From: an uncultured Dehalococcoidaceae bacterium
GTDB lineage: Bacteria > Chloroflexota > Dehalococcoidia > Dehalococcoidales > RBG-16-60-22
Assembly: GCA_964480145.1 (NCBI GenBank)
Contig: CAYZOI010000003.1
Location: forward strand, 1-49,984
Length of the DNA: 49,984 nucleotides
Direction: 5' to 3'
Shown: positions 24,331-32,615 of the stretch, in pieces
Numbering within the stretch: position 1 is the first letter of the stretch
Layout: each line of letters begins with the position of its first letter
The notes under the pieces: model-generated
What the model saw: the letters and a program-made list of their open reading frames with translations, nothing else
Told to the model about the DNA's origin: nothing
The model's database searches: none
Program-made: the position numbers and the translations under genes

Positions 24331-25698
24331 CTAGAGAAATTCCTTCTCAAAATCGGTGAGGGCGGCGTCAAGCAGGTCAAAGGCTTCGTCTATTACCGGT
24401 TCGGTGATGATAAAGGGGGGCGAGACCAGCAGGGCATCTCCGCTCACACCGTCCTTGATGCCAATGGTAGGGTAGCCCATGACCCCGTGCTTCATGGCGA
24501 TATTCTGCAGGCAGTTCGATGCCCGCCGCTTCATATCAAAGGGCTCTCTTTTTTCTTTATCCTGCACCAGCTCAATACCCATGAGCAGGCCTTTGCCCCG
24601 TATATCCCCCACCACCGGGTGATGGGCCAGCTTTTCCCTCCCCTTCCGGAAAAAGTACTCGCCGAGCCGGGCACAGCGTTCCACCAGTCCTTCTTCCTCC
24701 AGGACATCGAGAACCGCCAGGCAGGTGGCTGCCGAGACGGGGTTGCCCTCCATGGTAAAGCCGTGCAGGAAGCCAGCGCCTGTCTCCGAGAACACCTTCC
24801 CGACCTTTTCATCGATAATTACCACGGCCATCGGCGTATAGCCTCCCGTCATCCCTTTGGCCGAGGTGATGATATCGGGATTGACGCCCCAGTGATTAAT
24901 ACCAAACCACTTGCCCGTCCGGCCAAAGCCGCAGATGACCTCATCATCGATGAGCAGCACTTCGTACTTATCGCAAATCTCACGGATTATGGGATAATAT
25001 TCCGGAACCGGCACCATGCAGGCGGTCCCGGCGCCGCCCACTGCCTCCATAAAGAAGGCGGACACATACTGCGCGCCGACCTGATTGATAATCTCCTCAA
25101 GCGCCCTGGCGCATCTGATACCGCAGCCGGGATAGGTGAGCCCGTAGGCGCAGTGGTAGCATAGCGGGGCCGGTATCTTTGGCCACTGGTGCAGCATCGG
25201 CTCGAATTTTTGTCGTCTCATGGTGTGCCCGGAAACGGAAAGCGCGCCCAGCGTCATGCCGTGATAGCTCTGCCAGCGGGAGAGCGCCATGTACTTCTCC
25301 GGCTTGCCCCTCTCCACGTGATACTGGCGGGCAATCTTTATCGCCGTCTCGTTGGCCTCGGAACCGCTGTTGCAGAACTGGCACATCTTCAAGTTGGGTG
25401 GGGCGACCTTTATAATCCGCTCCGCCAGCTCCAGTAACGGCTCGTTCAGCCAGAAGGCGCGAAAGAAGAAAGACACTTTATCAATCTGGTTTTTCATCGC
25501 CTCCTTTACCCTCGCATTGGCATGCCCGAGGGAGACGACGTGAGGCCCGCCGCTGAAGTCGATGTATTTCCGGTTATTCTGGTCATACAAGTACACGCCA
25601 TCGCCGCGCTCGCAGATGACGTCCGGCGGAACGGTTCCGTGCAATGTCCCGAACATGTGTTTGTCCCGCTTCTGGGCTGCTTCCAATCGGTCTACCAT
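24331..25698 (-). CDS. class III (omega-type) pyridoxal-phosphate aminotransferase
   Basis: NSGSEANETAIK, LLIDDEVICGFGRTGKWFG and the PLP lysine in ITSAKGMTGGY. 455 aa. Confidence 0.85.
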   Translation of the reverse strand: MVDRLEAAQKRDKHMFGTLHGTVPPDVICERGDGVYLYDQNNRKYIDFSGGPHVVSLGHANARVKEAMKNQIDKVSFFFRAFWLNEPLLELAERIIKVAPPNLKMCQFCNSGSEANETAIKIARQYHVERGKPEKYMALSRWQSYHGMTLGALSVSGHTMRRQKFEPMLHQWPKIPAPLCYHCAYGLTYPGCGIRCARALEEIINQVGAQYVSAFFMEAVGGAGTACMVPVPEYYPIIREICDKYEVLLIDDEVICGFGRTGKWFGINHWGVNPDIITSAKGMTGGYTPMAVVIIDEKVGKVFSETGAGFLHGFTMEGNPVSAATCLAVLDVLEEEGLVERCARLGEYFFRKGREKLAHHPVVGDIRGKGLLMGIELVQDKEKREPFDMKRRASNCLQNIAMKHGVMGYPTIGIKDGVSGDALLVSPPFIITEPVIDEAFDLLDAALTDFEKEFL

Positions 25699-25727
25699 AT
25701 ACTCCCCCTTCTCTGTACCTGGGGCAA

Positions 25728-26897
25728 TTATTCCCCGAAGGCCACTTTATACAGCTCTATTATCTCTTCCCTGGTTGCCTGACGCGGGTTATTCGCCGGG
25801 CTGCCGCTGGCAATAGCATCCTCGCTCATTTTCGGCGCCAGCTGTTCGAGCTTTTCCTTGCCCACGCCAAGTTCCCGCATTGACGGTATCCTGACATCTT
25901 TGATGAGCTTCTTGACCGCCTCGGCCCCGCGCTGCGCCGCTTCCAGTTCGGACAGGCCGCTGGCCTTAACGCCCATTGCCCCGGCGATGCGTGCATAGCG
26001 CGCCGGGTTCCCCTCGAGGCTGAATTCCATCACCGCACCGAGGAGGGCGGCATTGGAAGCGCCGTGACGCACGTGGAAATAGGCGCCGATAGGCCGCGCC
26101 ATGCCGTGCACCAGCGCTACCGAAGAATTGCTGAACGCCATCCCCGCCATGAGCGAGCCCATCATGGTCTTTTCTCTCGCCTCCAGGTTTTTCCCGTCCG
26201 ACCACGCCTGCTCCAGGTTGCCGGCGATAAGCTCGATAGCGGCCAGAGCGAGAACATCGCTCATCGGCTGGGCTTTAACCGAAACGTAGGCTTCGATAGC
26301 GTGTGTCAGCGCATCGATGCCGGTGGCGGCGGTAACATCGGGCGGCAATAGCACGGTAAGCTGCGGGTCGACGATAGCTATCTCGGGCATGAGGAAAGGA
26401 CTGCCGATAAGCATTTTAACGTCCCGCCGGGTATCGGTGATGATGGTGAACGGCGTTACCTCGCTGCCGGTGCCGGCCGTGGTGGGCACGGCGATGACCG
26501 GCCTGCCTTTCTCCAGCACCTTGCCCAGCCCCACGTAGTTCTCGATTGAACCCTGGTTGGTGGCCATGACCGATATGGCCTTGGCGGTGTCCATCGGGCT
26601 GCCTCCACCGATGGCAAGAAGGCAATCGCATTTGTTTTCCCGAAACGCCTCCAGCCCTTCCTGAACATGCTCGACGACTGGTTCCGTATTGACGCCGCCA
26701 TATACGGCGTAGGCAACGCCGCTCTTCCGCAGCGATGCCAGGGCGCCATCGACAATGCCCAGCTTGACCTGGTTCTGGTCAGTAACAATCAGGGCCTTCT
26801 TCAAATTCAGCTTTTTTAACTCTTCGCCAACTTGCTTTGAAGACCCGGACCCGGTGATAACGACCTGCGGGACTCGAAACGTCTTTACTGGCAGCAT
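25728..26897 (-). CDS. iron-containing (group III) alcohol dehydrogenase
   Basis: GGGSPMDTAKAI, PTTAGTGSE and the His-rich metal site (THAIEAY, HG..H). Confidence 0.85.
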   Translation of the reverse strand: MLPVKTFRVPQVVITGSGSSKQVGEELKKLNLKKALIVTDQNQVKLGIVDGALASLRKSGVAYAVYGGVNTEPVVEHVQEGLEAFRENKCDCLLAIGGGSPMDTAKAISVMATNQGSIENYVGLGKVLEKGRPVIAVPTTAGTGSEVTPFTIITDTRRDVKMLIGSPFLMPEIAIVDPQLTVLLPPDVTAATGIDALTHAIEAYVSVKAQPMSDVLALAAIELIAGNLEQAWSDGKNLEAREKTMMGSLMAGMAFSNSSVALVHGMARPIGAYFHVRHGASNAALLGAVMEFSLEGNPARYARIAGAMGVKASGLSELEAAQRGAEAVKKLIKDVRIPSMRELGVGKEKLEQLAPKMSEDAIASGSPANNPRQATREEIIELYKVAFGE

Positions 26898-27096
26898 GTA
26901 GACCTCCCGAATTGAGCCTTATACTAAATGATTCTTTTTTCGGCGGAAAAGACGGCTAACGGCATAAGTCTATTATATTCAACTTTTTGCGTCAATCAAT
27001 ATTGGGAACGGGCGGCTCCAGCGGTTTGACAAACTTGGGCTTCATCGCTACGATAATGCCATACTCTACAAACGGTCGCGAAACCCCGGCTTTTCG

Positions 27097-27125
27097 TGAT
27101 TTATCAGCGATGGCAGTGTTATAAT
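27097..27125 (+). promoter_or_regulatory. candidate extended -10 promoter for the 27149 gene
   Basis: TGTTATAAT (27117-27125) matches TGnTATAAT. There is a weak -35 (TGATTT) 17 nt upstream, and the RBS AGGAGG follows within about 10 nt. Confidence 0.3.
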
Positions 27126-27148
27126 TTATTAAAGGAGGCGTGAAAAAG

Positions 27149-28147
27149 ATGGCCAAGGAAACTCATGAACTTTCAATGACCCCGGAATACCTGAAAAGAA
27201 TCGAGCAAATCATTACCGCAGGCGGGCGAAGTTCGCTTTACGGCCCGGAAGATGCGCGCGCCGCTATGACGCAGCCGAACTTTGACAACGAACGCATGTG
27301 GGGCCTGCTGCGCGGCTCTTACGATATCCACCAGCACACCGGCCCTTCATCCACCACCCAGCGCCTTTTCAGCCAGATTGAGTTCGCCCGCCAGGCCTGC
27401 GAGTTGGGGCAGGCGGGCATTGTCTGCAAGGACCATACCCTACCGACGGCTCCCTCTGTGCAGCTCACCCAGATAGTCGTGGATGAATGGGCGGAGGCAC
27501 ACAACAAGAAAAGGACGGAAGTCTTTGGCGGCGTGGTACTCAACTATGCCGTTGGCGGACTGAACCCCGATGCGGTCGTGGCCAGCTACCGGGTGGGGGG
27601 CAAATACATCTGGCTGCCCAACATGGACGCCGCCCATCACCGCAGCGTGACCCGCCACCCCAAAGGCGGGGGTATTTCCGTCATCGATGATAAAGGGGAC
27701 GTGGTGCCGGAGATGAAGGAAATCCTGAAACTGATGGCGGAAACAGACATGGTGCTCGGCCTGTGCCATCAGAGCACGGCGGAGCGCTTCGCCATGGTCA
27801 GGGAAGCAGTGAAAATGGGCGTGGAACGCATTGAAATCAGCCACGTCAATTACCCGCTGACGATGGTGACGCCGGAGCAGGCCAAGGAACTGGCCGACAT
27901 GGGCGCCTATATCGGCATCTATGCCATGCACATGTCGCCGCCGGCTTTCGTCTGGGATGAGGCGATGGCCTTCTACAAGGCGGTCGGCCCGGAGAGAATC
28001 GTTCTCGGCTCCGATACCGGTCATATTGAGACCGGCCTCCCCTGGGAGCAGATGAGAAAGCTGATTCTCGGCTTTCTGTTCCGCGGTGTACCTGATGAAC
28101 ACGTCAAAATGATGTGCCAGACCAACGCGCACAGTCTGCTGCATTGA
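27149..28147 (+). CDS. metal-dependent TIM-barrel hydrolase-like protein (amidohydrolase-related, uncharacterised family)
   Basis: HxH motif in YDIHQHTGPS. Later conserved His/Asp positions are CKDH, AAHH, CHQS, ISHVNY and GSDTGH. ATG 27149 lies 10 nt after an AGGAGG RBS. Confidence 0.55.
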   Translation: MAKETHELSMTPEYLKRIEQIITAGGRSSLYGPEDARAAMTQPNFDNERMWGLLRGSYDIHQHTGPSSTTQRLFSQIEFARQACELGQAGIVCKDHTLPTAPSVQLTQIVVDEWAEAHNKKRTEVFGGVVLNYAVGGLNPDAVVASYRVGGKYIWLPNMDAAHHRSVTRHPKGGGISVIDDKGDVVPEMKEILKLMAETDMVLGLCHQSTAERFAMVREAVKMGVERIEISHVNYPLTMVTPEQAKELADMGAYIGIYAMHMSPPAFVWDEAMAFYKAVGPERIVLGSDTGHIETGLPWEQMRKLILGFLFRGVPDEHVKMMCQTNAHSLLH

Positions 28148-28175
28148 TATAAATAATAAGTGGAGGTGGGGCACG

Positions 28176-29084
28176 ATGGCGACACAACAGGATAATTTAC
28201 TGTTTCGGGAGAAACCGGAGTTAAGACAGCCGTACCTGCTCTGCGGTATAAATGGCTGGGTGGATGGCGGGGAGGCGGCCACCGGCACTGTCCAGTACCT
28301 GATTAAGAAACTGCGTGCCAAGAAGTTCGCGGAAATGCCCATTGCCCGTTACCACGTCTACCAGATGCCGGGGCAGCTAGCCCTCAGACCCCAGATTAAG
28401 ATTGAGAACGGCCTGCTGAAAAAACACGTCCTGCCGCAGAACGAGTTCTTTTACTGGGTCAACACGAACTCAGACCACGACCTGATTCTGTATCTGGGCA
28501 CAGAGCCCAACACCAACTGGGAAGAATATACGGAGAACATACTGGACCTCGCCAGGGACTTCAATGTCAGCCGAATATACGTGCCGGGCGGCGTTCTGGA
28601 CAAAACGCCTCACACCAGGGAGGCCGGCGTATTCTGCGCCTGCAGCTCCAGAGAACTGCGGCAGGAGATGATGAGGTACGCCATGCAGTCGAGCAACTAC
28701 GAGGGGCCGGGCAGCTTCAGCATCACCATGCTCCATATGTCACAGAAGAGGAAAATGCCCTTCGTGAGCATTATCGCCCGGTCCACCTACTACCCCGAAT
28801 TCAACGTCGTCATCCCGCGCAACCCGAAGGCAATAAAGGCGATTGTCCTCCGGCTGAACAGCCTGCTCCATCTTGACCTGGACATCTCCGACCTCGACCA
28901 GGAGGCCAGTGAACTGGAGGTAAAGCTCAACTTCATGGCGAGCCATAACCAGGAATTCCAGGCATATATCGAGGATCTGGAGAAGGAATACGTCGAGGTT
29001 AAATACGAGGCGCCGCTCGACATCACCGCGAATGAAGCAGTACTGCTGGCCGAGGAATTTCTGAAGGAGACGAGGGACGAATAA
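28176..29084 (+). CDS. PAC2-family (proteasome-assembly-chaperone-2-like) protein
   Basis: PYLLCGINGWVDGGEAATGTVQYLIKKL and the later YEGPGSFSITMLHM resemble the bacterial PAC2 family. 302 aa. Confidence 0.55.
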   Translation: MATQQDNLLFREKPELRQPYLLCGINGWVDGGEAATGTVQYLIKKLRAKKFAEMPIARYHVYQMPGQLALRPQIKIENGLLKKHVLPQNEFFYWVNTNSDHDLILYLGTEPNTNWEEYTENILDLARDFNVSRIYVPGGVLDKTPHTREAGVFCACSSRELRQEMMRYAMQSSNYEGPGSFSITMLHMSQKRKMPFVSIIARSTYYPEFNVVIPRNPKAIKAIVLRLNSLLHLDLDISDLDQEASELEVKLNFMASHNQEFQAYIEDLEKEYVEVKYEAPLDITANEAVLLAEEFLKETRDE

Positions 29085-29101
29085 CCCCCGTCCGCCGGTA
29101 T

Positions 29102-30136
29102 CTAGTAGCCCTCTTCGGCGGCGGCAATTATCGCCTTCAGGTTTTCCAGCGGGGTCTGCAGCGATATGGCACACTCCGGCCCGATGGAGTCAACGCCCGC
29201 CTCGATATTGTACCTGGCCTGCCGATAGACATCCTCCGGCGTGCCCTGCAGCAGGGCCTGGATATTGCTGATGCCCCCCAGCAGTGATACCTGCCCCCCC
29301 GCCGCTTCAACCGCCTTTTCCGGGTCATTCTGCCACTCGAAGTGGTAGCCGTCATAGCCCTCGGTAGCGATGTGCGGAATACGGTCGAGGCATGGGCCAC
29401 AGACATGGAGAATGGTGGGGCCGCCGATATACGCCAGCATCTTCCGGTGCACCGGCACCAGGAAATCGGCATAGGTCTGAGCGCTGACCATGGCGCCGGT
29501 GGCATGGTCGGGAAGCACCACGGCGTCGGCACCGGCACGGAGCTGGGCGTTGGCGACGGCAATCGTCACCGGCATATACGCTTCCAGGTAGGCCCTCACC
29601 TGGTCGGGGTCAAGCCGCACCAGGATGAGAAAGTCCTCCACGCCGACCGTATGGTAGCAGATGGTCCACGGGCCCATCACCTTGCCCAGAATAGCCACGC
29701 GGTCGCCGTACTCGCGGCGCAGCCGCGATATAGCGTCAAGCACCACCTTTATGGAAGGTTTTTCCAGCAGGTTATCCGGGATTACAACATCCCCGGGGCT
29801 CTTCGCCGGGTGCGTCATCGTTTCCGGCATCATGGTATCGCTGCCCCAGTTAACGTCACAGCCGAGGGCGGCGGCCTCCTGCTGAACGCTGAACTCCGGC
29901 ATGATGGTATCAAAGCCCAGGACCTCATAGCCGGCAGCGGCCAGTTCCGCCATAGCGCTGGCATCGGTATGGGCATCGGGGAAATGGACGCCAACCTTGT
30001 TTATCAGTTCCACGCAGGCGATTGAGGTGGGGTTGGATACGGAAATGCGCTTGCCCCGGCGACCGCCCATAAGGTTGGCCAGGAAACGCCGCCTCGGGGT
30101 AAGGTCAGTCTTTTCTCCCTTGTTCTCAACGGTCAT
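29102..30136 (-). CDS. URO-D-family methyltransferase (MtaA-like), paralog 2
   Basis: MtaA-like sequence (LMGGRRGKRISVSNPT..., ILHVCG, IGPECAI). ATG 30136 lies 8 nt after AGGAG. An alternative GTG at 30145 would overlap the upstream stop (GTGA). Confidence 0.75.
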   Translation of the reverse strand: MTVENKGEKTDLTPRRRFLANLMGGRRGKRISVSNPTSIACVELINKVGVHFPDAHTDASAMAELAAAGYEVLGFDTIMPEFSVQQEAAALGCDVNWGSDTMMPETMTHPAKSPGDVVIPDNLLEKPSIKVVLDAISRLRREYGDRVAILGKVMGPWTICYHTVGVEDFLILVRLDPDQVRAYLEAYMPVTIAVANAQLRAGADAVVLPDHATGAMVSAQTYADFLVPVHRKMLAYIGGPTILHVCGPCLDRIPHIATEGYDGYHFEWQNDPEKAVEAAGGQVSLLGGISNIQALLQGTPEDVYRQARYNIEAGVDSIGPECAISLQTPLENLKAIIAAAEEGY

Positions 30137-30141
30137 ATTGC

Positions 30142-31269
30142 TCACTCCTGGACTTCAACTGGCAGCCTGCCATACCGCTCAATCAGCTCGACGACCCGGC
30201 CGACACGGTTGATATCGCCGTCAAAGGGCAGGTTATCCCCCATCCCCACGATGAACCGGTACCCCGGGGCCATCTCCCGGAACATGTTCTTTATAAAGGC
30301 GTCAAAGTCCTCGTCGCTATACATCGGCTCGAACAGTATCGACGGTATCCCTCCCCAGATGGTAACCTCGTCGCCCAGCGTTTCCCGAAACTCCCTCATG
30401 CTGACCAGGGTCTGCGGGGCGGGGGTAATGGCTTCGGCGACGTCAATGCCGGTCTCACGGAACATCGGGTTCAGGCGCCGCATTTCGCCGTCGGTGTGCG
30501 CCATGACGAGGCGACCGTGGGAATGAAGGAATTCGCTTACCTCCTGAAACCAGGGAACGAGATACTTCCGGAACACCGGCGTCTGAATATCATCGCTCCA
30601 GTTGGCGCAGACATTGAAGATTTCCAGGTCGCACCCTATCGCCACCTTCAGCTTTCTTCTCTCCAGGTCTTTTACCGCTTCAATCAATTCCTCCACCCTC
30701 GCCGGGCGGTCGGCCAGCTCGTAGAAGAACAGCTCATAGCCTATGATTTCGCGCATGACGCGCTGCACCGGCGACCAGAGCCCGCCGGAGGCGGTCATCA
30801 CCATGCCGTCCTCCCCAACCTCCTCGCGTAATTTTTGATACGGCTCAAAGTTATCCGCCGCCTCGGTGTGCTCCATGACATACTTGAGCACCGGGTAGTC
30901 TTTCTCGCTCTTGAAGAGCTTTTCCATCTCATACTTGATCCAGGGCCCTTCGGAAGTGTCAAAGAGCTCCTTCTTGGCTACGGCGCCGACGGGCGTATGG
31001 TACTCGGTGGTGATATAGGGCGGGTCGTTTGTTTCCACCACTTCCATATCGCGGTATTTTTCCTTGGTTACGGAAAAGAAGCGTGCCTGAGCGCCGGCGC
31101 CCTGGTCGCGCAGAATATCCGTCTGGCTCCAGCCCTGGTATTTATCAGGGAGGGTGCCGTGGGCGGAGTGGTAGTTATACCAGACGTCAATGCGCGCTCC
31201 GAAAGGCAGCCTGTCCAGCTTTTCGCCCCGCGCCGCCGCCAGTATCTGCTGTTTTTTTGTCACGGCCAT
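30142..31269 (-). CDS. URO-D-family methyltransferase, paralog 3
   Basis: ATG 31269 (MAVTKKQQILAAARGEKLDRLPF). The body is URO-D-like (MAHTDGEM..., IWGGIP). The ORF-track start at 31359 would overlap the upstream corrinoid-protein gene. Confidence 0.7.
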   Translation of the reverse strand: MAVTKKQQILAAARGEKLDRLPFGARIDVWYNYHSAHGTLPDKYQGWSQTDILRDQGAGAQARFFSVTKEKYRDMEVVETNDPPYITTEYHTPVGAVAKKELFDTSEGPWIKYEMEKLFKSEKDYPVLKYVMEHTEAADNFEPYQKLREEVGEDGMVMTASGGLWSPVQRVMREIIGYELFFYELADRPARVEELIEAVKDLERRKLKVAIGCDLEIFNVCANWSDDIQTPVFRKYLVPWFQEVSEFLHSHGRLVMAHTDGEMRRLNPMFRETGIDVAEAITPAPQTLVSMREFRETLGDEVTIWGGIPSILFEPMYSDEDFDAFIKNMFREMAPGYRFIVGMGDNLPFDGDINRVGRVVELIERYGRLPVEVQE

Positions 31270-31291
31270 CTTGTCTGTGCCTTTGAAAATA

Positions 31292-31927
31292 CTATTTCCC
31301 GACCAGCTCTCGACACACCGGCACCGCCCGGCCGCCGTCATGGGCGTAGCCATCGGCACCGATGTAGTCGGCGTAGTCCTGCGTCACCGGCGCCCCGCCG
31401 ACGACCACCTTGACGCTGGAACGCAGCCCCACCTCCTCCAGTGCCTTGATGACCTTGCCCATCAACGGCATGGTGGTGGTCAGCAGTGCCGACATCCCCA
31501 GGATATCGGGCTTTTTCTCTTTTACCTCGTCAATGAATTTCTGGGCCGGCACGTTAAGCCCGAGGTCAAAGACCTCGAAGCCGTTGCCGCTGAGAAAGGT
31601 GGCGACCACGTTCTTGCCGATGTCATGCATGTCGCCCTCAACGGTGCCGATGACCACCTTGCCGATGGTCGGAATGCCGGTCTCCTTGAGGGCCGGCGCG
31701 AGTACCTCAAGGGCGGCTTTCATCGCCCGTGCTGCCATGAGCATATCTGGGAGAAAATATTCCCCGCTGGAAAATTTTTCTCCCACTGCGGCCATGCCCG
31801 CCTGCAATCCCTGTGTAACGACGTCCTGCGGGTTATCGCCGGCATCAAGCGCCTTCTGGGTCAACTCTACGGTCTTTTCGCGGTCACCCTGGTCAATCGC
31901 CTGTGCCAAAAGAGACATATCAGCCAT
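31292..31927 (-). CDS. corrinoid (cobalamin-binding) methyl-carrier protein, MtaC/MtbC-like
   Basis: B12-binding DxHxxG motif in VEGDMHDIGKNVV, followed by DLG and SALLTTTM. N-terminal helical cap. 211 aa. AAGGAG RBS. Confidence 0.9.
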   Translation of the reverse strand: MADMSLLAQAIDQGDREKTVELTQKALDAGDNPQDVVTQGLQAGMAAVGEKFSSGEYFLPDMLMAARAMKAALEVLAPALKETGIPTIGKVVIGTVEGDMHDIGKNVVATFLSGNGFEVFDLGLNVPAQKFIDEVKEKKPDILGMSALLTTTMPLMGKVIKALEEVGLRSSVKVVVGGAPVTQDYADYIGADGYAHDGGRAVPVCRELVGK

Positions 31928-32008
31928 CTAACCGACTCCTTTCTTCCCCAATAGGAATCACCGAATATTTCAATTCTATGTAAAAAGTCCTGGTATTGTC
32001 CAGAAAGC

Positions 32009-32611
32009 TCAGGCAACATACAGCTTTTGCTCTTTGATGTAACGGTTGACTGGCTCGGGGACAAGGTGACGCACCGAAAGGCCTCTGGCAACACGCTCTC
32101 TGATATCCGTGGCGTCGATATCAACCTTCGGCTCCTTCGTGAACATAACCCGCTGCTTGATGCCGGGAATTTCCGCTTCCAGTGCCTTTAAATCCGGCTT
32201 TTTAACGCCGGGCCTCGGCGCCGCCGCCAGATAGCAGAGCTGTATGAGGCCTGGAGCGTCATGCCACTGCGGAATCTGCATCAGGCTGTCCTGGCCCAGT
32301 ATAAAGAACAATTCATCGTCAGCATTAAGGCTGTTTTTCAGTGCGTTAAGGGTATCTATCGTGTAAGTTGGCCCAGGCCGTTCTATTTCCATTTCAGAGA
32401 TTCTGAACTGGGGCCTGTCGTCAAGCGCCAGCCGCAGCATCTGCAATCGGTGCTGGGCCGGCGTGATAATCCGTTCTATCTTGAGCCACGGCTGGCCAGC
32501 CGGGATGAAAAGTATCTCATTCAGGTTTAGCTGCTCCTCGGCCACGTCCGCCAGTATAAGGTGCCCGTTGTGAACCGGGTCAAACGTGCCGCCCAAAACA
32601 CCAACATTCAT
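32009..32611 (-). CDS. nadD: nicotinate-nucleotide adenylyltransferase
   Basis: GGTFDPVHNGHL nucleotidyltransferase motif and the C-terminal ISATDIR-type motif (IDATDIRERV). Confidence 0.9.
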   Translation of the reverse strand: MNVGVLGGTFDPVHNGHLILADVAEEQLNLNEILFIPAGQPWLKIERIITPAQHRLQMLRLALDDRPQFRISEMEIERPGPTYTIDTLNALKNSLNADDELFFILGQDSLMQIPQWHDAPGLIQLCYLAAAPRPGVKKPDLKALEAEIPGIKQRVMFTKEPKVDIDATDIRERVARGLSVRHLVPEPVNRYIKEQKLYVA

Positions 32612-32615
32612 GAAA

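Noticed and set aside
26898-27139. Cobalamin or THF riboswitch upstream of the corrinoid and ADH operons (also checked 31928-32008 and 23630-23764)
   Set aside because: I could not find a B12-box-like core (GCCACTG-type) or an obvious multi-stem conserved architecture. The gaps at 31928-32008 and 23630-23764 are too short for one. A covariance-model scan would settle the question.
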